Source: Omnitrophica WOR_2 bacterium GWF2_43_52 (GTDB lineage Bacteria > Omnitrophota > Gorgyraeia > Gygaellales > UBA12090). From it: a stretch of DNA of 64,000 nucleotides. The translations under genes and the position numbers were made by a program. The stretch covers positions 68,270 to 132,269 of the forward strand of contig MHGF01000029.1 in assembly GCA_001805445.1 (NCBI GenBank), in the 5' to 3' direction. Positions 58,964 to 64,000 of this stretch are shown here, piece by piece. The first letter of the stretch is position 1. Every line of letters begins with the position of its first letter. The notes under the pieces were generated by a model. That model saw nothing but the letters and a program-made list of their open reading frames with translations. It was not told the origin of the DNA and made no database searches.

Positions 58964-59767
58964 GTGATACACAAAACGGCAATAGTTTCAGATCAAGCGC
59001 AGATTGCAGGCGATGTAACCATAGGCCCGTTTAGCGTCGTAGGCCCTAAGGTAAGAATCGGCCACGGAGTCACGGTTGCCAATAACTGCCTCATTGACGG
59101 AAATACGGAAATAGGCGCGGGGTGCACAATTTATACCGGCGCGGTCATCGGCAGCGCGCCCCAGGATTTAAAATATAAAGGCGAAGATACAAAACTCATT
59201 ATCGGAGAGAATAATATAATCCGCGAGTACACGACGATTAACCTTGGTACTATTGAAAAAGGCGTCACTACGGTCGGCAATCATAATCTGATAATGGCCT
59301 ATTCGCATATTGCCCATGATTGCCTGGTAGGCGATCACTGCGTATTGGCAAATTGCGCGACCTTAGCCGGCCACGTAACGATTGAAGATAACGTTGTTAT
59401 CGGCGGGCTTGCCGCGGTTCATCAGTTTACCCGTGTAGGCAAGCTTTCTATTATCGGCGGCTGCTCGAAAGTAGTCCAGGATATCCCTCCTTTTTCAACC
59501 TGCGATGGGCATCCCGCGCGAGTCTATGGCCTCAATTTAGTCGGCCTGCGGCGCGCGCAAGTACCCGCAGCCGTCATCTCTGAGTTAAAGGCCGCCTTTA
59601 AATATCTTTTCTTTAGCGGCTTGCGTAAGGGGCATGCTATAGAGAAAGTGCAAAACTCTGCCTTAAAAAGTCCCGAAGTTCTCTATGTCGTCAATTTTCT
59701 GAATGCTTCATCGCGCGGCATTACCCGGGCGGCGAAAACTCCTGAAGCCGAAGCCGCAGTTTCGTAA
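58964..59767 (+). CDS. lpxA: Acyl-ACP:UDP-GlcNAc O-acyltransferase
   Basis: IHKTAIVSDQAQIAGDVTIGPFSVVGP hexapeptide repeats. 267 aa. Confidence 0.9.
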   Translation: MIHKTAIVSDQAQIAGDVTIGPFSVVGPKVRIGHGVTVANNCLIDGNTEIGAGCTIYTGAVIGSAPQDLKYKGEDTKLIIGENNIIREYTTINLGTIEKGVTTVGNHNLIMAYSHIAHDCLVGDHCVLANCATLAGHVTIEDNVVIGGLAAVHQFTRVGKLSIIGGCSKVVQDIPPFSTCDGHPARVYGLNLVGLRRAQVPAAVISELKAAFKYLFFSGLRKGHAIEKVQNSALKSPEVLYVVNFLNASSRGITRAAKTPEAEAAVS

Positions 59768-59786
59768 GTTTTCCTTCTATAACACA

Positions 59787-60602
59787 ATGGAAAGAATAGG
59801 CCTTATCGCGGGACGGGGAAATTTCCCTTTACTTTTTGCCCAGGAAGCAAAAAAGGCAGGCTTTTATGTGGTTGTCGTCGCGGTCAAAGGCAATGCCAAG
59901 AGGCAGTTGAGGAAATACGCGGACGCGTTCTTTTGGGTAGACGTAAGGCATTTTAAGAATATTGCCGGCATATTTAAAGGACAGGTTATTTCTAAGGTGG
60001 CGATGGCCGGCCAGATCAACCCTTACTTCCTTTTTGATCCTGCAATTATGAATACTCCCGATGTCCGTGATTTTTTCGGCGTCGTAGAGGACCGAAGGGC
60101 GGATACCGTGTTTACATGTTTTGTCAACAAGCTTGAGGCCGCGGGGCTGCACTTCATGGATTCGACCTCATTCTTATCGGCATATCTGCCCGGTACAGCC
60201 ATTTTAACGAAGCGTAAGCCTACTCCTGAAGAAGATAAGGATATCCAGTTTGGCTTTAAGCTTGCCAAACATTTAGGCAGAATGGATATCGGTCAAACGG
60301 TGTGCGTTAAGCAAGGTGTTGTCCTCGCGGTAGAGTCGATAGAAGGCACTGATAATGCCATCAAACGAGCGATAAGTTTAGCGCGTTCTCCAATAGTGCT
60401 CGTGAAAACAAGTAAGCCCTCGCAGGATATGCGTTTCGATGTCCCTGTTGTGGGCTTAAAGACCATTAAAAATCTTCCCTGTGGAAGCTGTGTGGCAATA
60501 GAAGCGGCAAGGACGTTATTTCTCGATCAAAAAGAAGCGTTGATACTTGCCGACCGTAAAGGCATTGCGCTAACCTCGGTTTCCTTTTCATCTGCCCAAT
60601 AG
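59787..60602 (+). CDS. lpxI: UDP-2,3-diacylglucosamine hydrolase LpxI (DUF1009)
   Basis: MERIGLIAGRGNFPL N-terminus typical of LpxI. Start trimmed to the first ATG after the lpxA stop. Confidence 0.7.
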   Translation: MERIGLIAGRGNFPLLFAQEAKKAGFYVVVVAVKGNAKRQLRKYADAFFWVDVRHFKNIAGIFKGQVISKVAMAGQINPYFLFDPAIMNTPDVRDFFGVVEDRRADTVFTCFVNKLEAAGLHFMDSTSFLSAYLPGTAILTKRKPTPEEDKDIQFGFKLAKHLGRMDIGQTVCVKQGVVLAVESIEGTDNAIKRAISLARSPIVLVKTSKPSQDMRFDVPVVGLKTIKNLPCGSCVAIEAARTLFLDQKEALILADRKGIALTSVSFSSAQ

Positions 60603-60629
60603 AATAGATGAGGTTACTGAAAAATTAAG

Positions 60630-60718
60630 TTAAACACGAATTTTTATTACATTTACGCGAATGTGTCTCGTCGGTAATTTGTGGTAATTCGGTATTGAAT
60701 TCGTGAGAATTCGTGTGA
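60630..60718. repeat. Fold-back k-mer array family B, copy 4
   Basis: gttaaacacgaatttttattacatttacgcgaatg ... ggtaattcggtattgaattcgtgagaattcgtgtg. Confidence 0.65.
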
Positions 60719-60828
60719 AAAGGTATTTTTTTCAGTACTCTCTAGATTTTCTCTTGACACTACGAGAGTAGCTTGTTAAAATAAATTGAATAAAGGGTCA
60801 AAGGAATAATAAGAAGGAGGAGGGCACC

Positions 60829-61134
60829 ATGGTAAAAAATGCAGTTACACCAAAAGCAAAAGTAAGCGCGTCCGCGTCAAAGGCAGTGGAATTCAGGCTG
60901 CGCGCGCCGCAGGCAAAGAGGGTGAGCCTTGCCGGCAGTTTTAACAATTGGGATGCCAGTTCTTTAACAGCCAAGAAAGATACGAATGGCATCTGGACCA
61001 TCAAAGCAACACTTAATCCCGGAAGATATGAGTATAAATTTGTGGTTGACGGTTCATGGGTTACGGATCCTGTGTGTAAGGAAAATATCTCAAATACCGT
61101 TGGCAGCGCAAATTCAGTGGTAGTAGTCAGGTAA
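60829..61134 (+). CDS. Stand-alone carbohydrate-binding module protein (CBM48 / AMPK-beta glycogen-binding-domain-like)
   Basis: VEFRLRAPQAKRVSLAGSFNNWDASSLTAKKDTNGIWTIKATLNPGRYEYKFVVDGSWVTDP matches the CBM48/AMPK1_CBM pattern. Confidence 0.65.
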   Translation: MVKNAVTPKAKVSASASKAVEFRLRAPQAKRVSLAGSFNNWDASSLTAKKDTNGIWTIKATLNPGRYEYKFVVDGSWVTDPVCKENISNTVGSANSVVVVR

Positions 61135-61162
61135 CTCTTTCGTTGAGAGATTCTTTTACAAA

Positions 61163-61204
61163 AACCCCGCACCTATTCCTGCAATAGATGCGGGGTTTAT
61201 TTTA
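61163..61204 (+). terminator. Rho-independent terminator
   Basis: ccccgcacctattcctgcaatagatgcgggg hairpin followed by tttatttta. Confidence 0.7.
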
Positions 61205-61275
61205 GTAATGTGCTTTTCTGCTTAGGAATTTATGGTTACATTGCTACACTATGAGGGTATCCCGGTAATAATAAA

Positions 61276-61995
61276 ATGCGTTATTTATACGGTCCGGTAC
61301 AGTCCCGGCGCCTAGGATTATCTTTGGGGATTAGCTTAACCCCTTATAAAGTTTGCTCATTTGACTGCCTCTACTGCCAGTTGGGAAAAACCACCCTTAA
61401 AGTCAAAGAGCGCAAAGCCTATGTGGAGATTGATGATGTCCTTAAAGAACTTCAGGAATTCTTAGATACCTATGACGCTCGCGCTTCTTCGCTTGACTGT
61501 ATCAGCCTTTCAGGTTTTGGAGAGCCAACCCTTGCCATTGATATCAGCCGGATTATCGCGGAGATCAAAAAACGTACTTCGATACCGCTAGTTTTGATTA
61601 CTAATGCCGCGTTATTCTCAGAGCCTGAATCTTGGAAAGATTTTCTAGGAGTTGATGTCATCATTCCTTCGCTCGATGCTGTAACGCAGGATATTTTTGA
61701 GAAAATTGACCGCCCCGTCTCCGGCATAAGGATAGAAAATATCATAGAAGGCCTCTGTGCCTTTCAGAAAATGTTTCAAGGGCAGATGTACTTAGAAATT
61801 ATGCTGATTCAAGGAATCAATGATAGCATTGATTATGCCTATAAATTTAAGGAAGCAGTTGAAAGGATAGCTCCCCATAAAATTCAGCTCAACACCCCTG
61901 TGCGTTCAACGACAGAAAAATCGTTAGAGCCTCCGGATAAAAAGCGGTTATTAGAGATAAAAGAGATTTTGGGGCCAAGATGCGAGATACTATAA
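61276..61995 (+). CDS. Small radical SAM protein (COG0731-like)
   Basis: CSFDCLYCQ CxxxCxxC cluster motif right after GPVQSRRLGLSLGISLTP. 239 aa. Confidence 0.75.
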   Translation: MRYLYGPVQSRRLGLSLGISLTPYKVCSFDCLYCQLGKTTLKVKERKAYVEIDDVLKELQEFLDTYDARASSLDCISLSGFGEPTLAIDISRIIAEIKKRTSIPLVLITNAALFSEPESWKDFLGVDVIIPSLDAVTQDIFEKIDRPVSGIRIENIIEGLCAFQKMFQGQMYLEIMLIQGINDSIDYAYKFKEAVERIAPHKIQLNTPVRSTTEKSLEPPDKKRLLEIKEILGPRCEIL

Positions 61996-62001
61996 CTCTA
62001 A

Positions 62002-62112
62002 GTTAAAAGCGGATATCGGGTGATTAGGAAATCAGGGTTTAAGGATAAATACCAAATTTCCTGATTCTCTGATATCCAAATCCTGGTACCCTAATATCCT
62101 AATTCCCTATTT
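62002..62112. repeat. Fold-back k-mer array family A, copy 4
   Basis: gttaaaagcggatatcgggtgattaggaaatcagggtttaagg ... aaatttcctgattctctgatatccaaatcctggtaccctaatatcctaattccc. Confidence 0.8.
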
Positions 62113-62120
62113 TTAATAAA

Positions 62121-62300
62121 TTGCGCCCATAGCTCAATTTCCGCCGCAGGCGGACCCGCCTACGACGGGGGTTAGAGCGTCGGATTCCAGGAATAGGCTT
62201 AACATAATAATTGCGCCCATAGCTCAATTTCCGCCGAAGGCGGACCCGCCTACGGCGGGGGTTAGAGCGTCGGATTTCTGGAATAAACCTGACAAGTTTT
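62121..62300 (+). repeat. Two tandem 90-bp pseudo-tRNA repeats derived from the 5' part of the downstream tRNA-Arg
   Basis: Each unit is ttgcgcccatagctcaa (= tRNA-Arg nt 1-15 plus 2 upstream nt), then a 35-nt GC-rich palindromic insert (ccgccgMaggcgg acccgcctacgRcggggg), then ttagagcgtc (matching tRNA-Arg nt 21-29, GATAGAGCGTC, at 8 of 9 positions). No T-arm or 3' acceptor strand. Units start at 62121 and 62211. Confidence 0.75.
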
Positions 62301-62319
62301 CAGAAGGTTTTTAAAGTTT

Positions 62320-62393
62320 GCGCCCATAGCTCAACCGGATAGAGCGTCAGTCTTCGGAACTGAATGTTGCAGGTTCGATCCCTGCTGGGCGCG
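62320..62393 (+). tRNA. tRNA-Arg (anticodon UCG)
   Basis: Hand-folded cloverleaf. Acceptor gcgccca/tgggcgc. D-arm TAGCTCAACCGGATAGAGC with A20. Anticodon stem tcagt/actga with loop ctTCGga. T-arm caggTTCGATCcctg. 74 nt. Confidence 0.85.
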
Positions 62394-62479
62394 TTTCAGG
62401 TAAAAAATATTGACTCGGCATGGTTCGGAGCGTATAATTTGAAGTAACGTTAGTAGTTTTAATAACAAGAGGAGGCCGT

Positions 62480-63193
62480 ATGATGAAAAAGGTTTTAGCG
62501 CTATGTCTGATTGTTCTTTTAGGTGCGGGAGGTTCGGTGTACGCGGGGGAATCCAATCCTTTCCAGTTGAGTGTTCTTAACCCTCTCCAGATAGTCCCTG
62601 AGGAGAATTCCATCAGTGGTTTGAGATTGAATTTACTTTACTCTGATAATAAGGATATGTCCGGGCTTACCTTAGCCAGCGGTTGGACCAAAACCCGCGG
62701 TGATGTCAAAGGCTTGGGGTTGAGTGCCGTGCATTGGACTGATGGTTCGGCTTACGGCTGGCAGACAGGGCTTTTTAATTATGTAGGGATGCGCTCTGTA
62801 GGCTTGGAGTTTGGGGCGGTGAATGTGATTAAGGGTGATATGAGCGGGATTCAACTCGGCATTCTGAATATGAATGAAGGCTTTGTCCACGGTTTGCAGT
62901 GGGGTGTATGGAATTACGTGACCGGACGCTTTATCGGCCTGCAGAGCGGAATTATCAACGTAGACAAAGGTGATTTTTCAGGCTATCAGTCCGGCATTGT
63001 TAACTACGTTAGCGGAGTCGTGACAGGATTGCAGGTGGGCCTGTGGAATTACGCGAAACAAATGGATGGCGTTCAGATAGGCCTGATTAATGCCACGGGT
63101 TCTCTTGATAATGGCTTACAGTTTGGTTTAGCTAATTATAACGGCAATGGAGATCCCTTGGAGTGTATGATAGTGGTCAACTGGTCATTTTAA
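62480..63193 (+). CDS. Secreted protein built from about 9 degenerate ~22-aa G-x-Q-x-G-x-x-N-Y repeats
   Basis: Signal peptide, then repeated units: GLQWGVWNYVTGRFI, GLQSGIINVDKGDFS, GYQSGIVNYVSGVVT, GLQVGLWNYAKQMDG, VQIGLINATGSLDN, GLQFGLANY. Confidence 0.6.
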   Translation: MMKKVLALCLIVLLGAGGSVYAGESNPFQLSVLNPLQIVPEENSISGLRLNLLYSDNKDMSGLTLASGWTKTRGDVKGLGLSAVHWTDGSAYGWQTGLFNYVGMRSVGLEFGAVNVIKGDMSGIQLGILNMNEGFVHGLQWGVWNYVTGRFIGLQSGIINVDKGDFSGYQSGIVNYVSGVVTGLQVGLWNYAKQMDGVQIGLINATGSLDNGLQFGLANYNGNGDPLECMIVVNWSF

Positions 63194-63259
63194 GAAAGAA
63201 TCACGCAATTCCTATTAAAGGCTGGGCTTAACCGTCCGGCCTTTTTTGTTGCACGCGAG

Positions 63260-63309
63260 AAGAGGGGACGTTGTTAATTTGTAAACTTATCCCGACGCTT
63301 CAAAACCGC
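63260..63309. repeat. 50-bp direct repeat, copy 1 (contains a GGGGACG core; its first ~20 bp also form an inverted pair with 63505-63520)
   Basis: agaggggacgttgttaatttgtaaacttatcccgacgcttcaaaaccgcg. Identical to 63951-64000. aaattaacaacgtccc at 63505-63520 is its partial reverse complement. Confidence 0.8.
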
Positions 63310-63544
63310 GGCTTCCAGGCCGCGGATGGAGTTCCGACGTTTCCGGTCGGAACAGGTCGGTCGGGATTCCGCCCAGAAAGGGCAAGAAGAAAAGGAACCT
63401 CGGGCTTTAGCCCGGGTGGGCTCCATTGGTATGTTTTGGCAATTTGTATAATCATGCTGTATGTAATAATATCGCAAAGAGGGGTAAGATTTAGGTTAAA
63501 TTGAAAATTAACAACGTCCCTTATGTCCGTGGTATAATAAAAAC

Positions 63545-63919
63545 ATGCAGGAACGAAGAACATATATAAGGTATAAAATAGAGGGTACTGTAAATCTCAG
63601 TATGGGTGAGGGTGCCTCCGGCAGTATACAGGCCGATTTAGTAGATATTTGCAGCAGAGGGTTTAGCGCGTACGCGCATGAGGCAATTGCAGTAGGTGCT
63701 GAGGTTGATTTTGAATTATCAGTTAAATCCTGGGGAAAGCCTATAGCCGGTAGAGGCATAGTGAAGTATGTAAAAGAAGAAAAAAGAATGGATACGGGTG
63801 TCTTTAGGGTGGGTATAAATTTTATTGATACTGACCAAAGTGCGATAGGGTGTATAATAAGGCAAATCGTAGAAGATATTTGCGCAAGGGTGAAGAAAAA
63901 GCACTCTAAAGGCACATAA
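63545..63919 (+). CDS. PilZ domain protein (c-di-GMP receptor-like)
   Basis: RRTYIR (RxxxR) followed by DICSRGFS (D/NxSxxG), the bipartite PilZ c-di-GMP-binding signature. 124 aa. Confidence 0.7.
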   Translation: MQERRTYIRYKIEGTVNLSMGEGASGSIQADLVDICSRGFSAYAHEAIAVGAEVDFELSVKSWGKPIAGRGIVKYVKEEKRMDTGVFRVGINFIDTDQSAIGCIIRQIVEDICARVKKKHSKGT

Positions 63920-63950
63920 GCCGCTATGTATCTGTCTTCGCGCTTGGGAT

Positions 63951-64000
63951 AGAGGGGACGTTGTTAATTTGTAAACTTATCCCGACGCTTCAAAACCGCG
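63951..64000. repeat. 50-bp direct repeat, copy 2 (truncated by window end)
   Basis: Identical 50-mer to 63260-63309. Confidence 0.8.

Noticed and set aside
62121-62300. Two additional functional tRNA genes upstream of tRNA-Arg
   Set aside because: The units share only the 5' acceptor/D-stem strand and part of the D/anticodon stem with tRNA-Arg. They have no T-arm or 3' acceptor strand, so cannot form a cloverleaf.

Overview
This is a bacterial chromosomal window of roughly mid-40s % GC. 67 of the 68 protein genes I call are on the + strand, and gene spacing is tight with many 4-bp start/stop overlaps, i.e. operonic. The content is overwhelmingly housekeeping:

- ahcY and pfkA
- a long class II aldolase-like gene
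- ilvD-ilvB-ilvN-ilvC, a 652-aa unknown membrane protein, then leuA
- aroE and a prepilin peptidase
- a TtcA-like PP-loop ATPase, rmuC and yggU
- a periplasmic cyclophilin
- a short pyruvate kinase and yfiH
- a redox cluster: flavodoxin, glutaredoxin-like, cutA, ccdA, tlpA-like
- pncB-pncA, translationally coupled to a 1087-aa GH94-superfamily-like (alpha/alpha)6 enzyme
- a RAYT (REP-associated tyrosine transposase) flanked by perfect REP-like inverted repeats
- an ECF sigma / zinc-anti-sigma pair, dinB and ybaB
- porGDAB plus a ferredoxin
- ppiD, the only minus-strand gene
- hisG
- an unannotated 33-aa bS22-like basic peptide
- a TPR protein, a split transketolase and ispE
- spoVG (with a Zn-ribbon tail), tRNA-Gln, then glmU-prs-ctc-pth
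- rpsF-ssb-rpsR-rplI-dnaB
- bamA-skp-lpxD-lpxC/fabZ fusion-lpxA-lpxI
- a CBM48-like protein, a radical SAM protein and tRNA-Arg
- a secreted repeat protein and a PilZ protein

No CRISPR array, prophage or classical defence island is visible. The unusual signal is in the non-coding DNA. Almost every intergenic gap longer than about 80 bp is filled by a fold-back array built from a short k-mer followed by its reverse complement. At least eight k-mer families occur, two of them (A and B) in four copies each. In addition there is a RAYT with cognate GGGGACGG-core REP/REPIN-like elements, and a family of nested MITE-like elements (15.1 kb and 18.4-18.8 kb). Two tandem 90-bp pseudo-tRNA repeats sit in front of tRNA-Arg. 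A 50-bp perfect direct repeat brackets the PilZ gene at the window edge.
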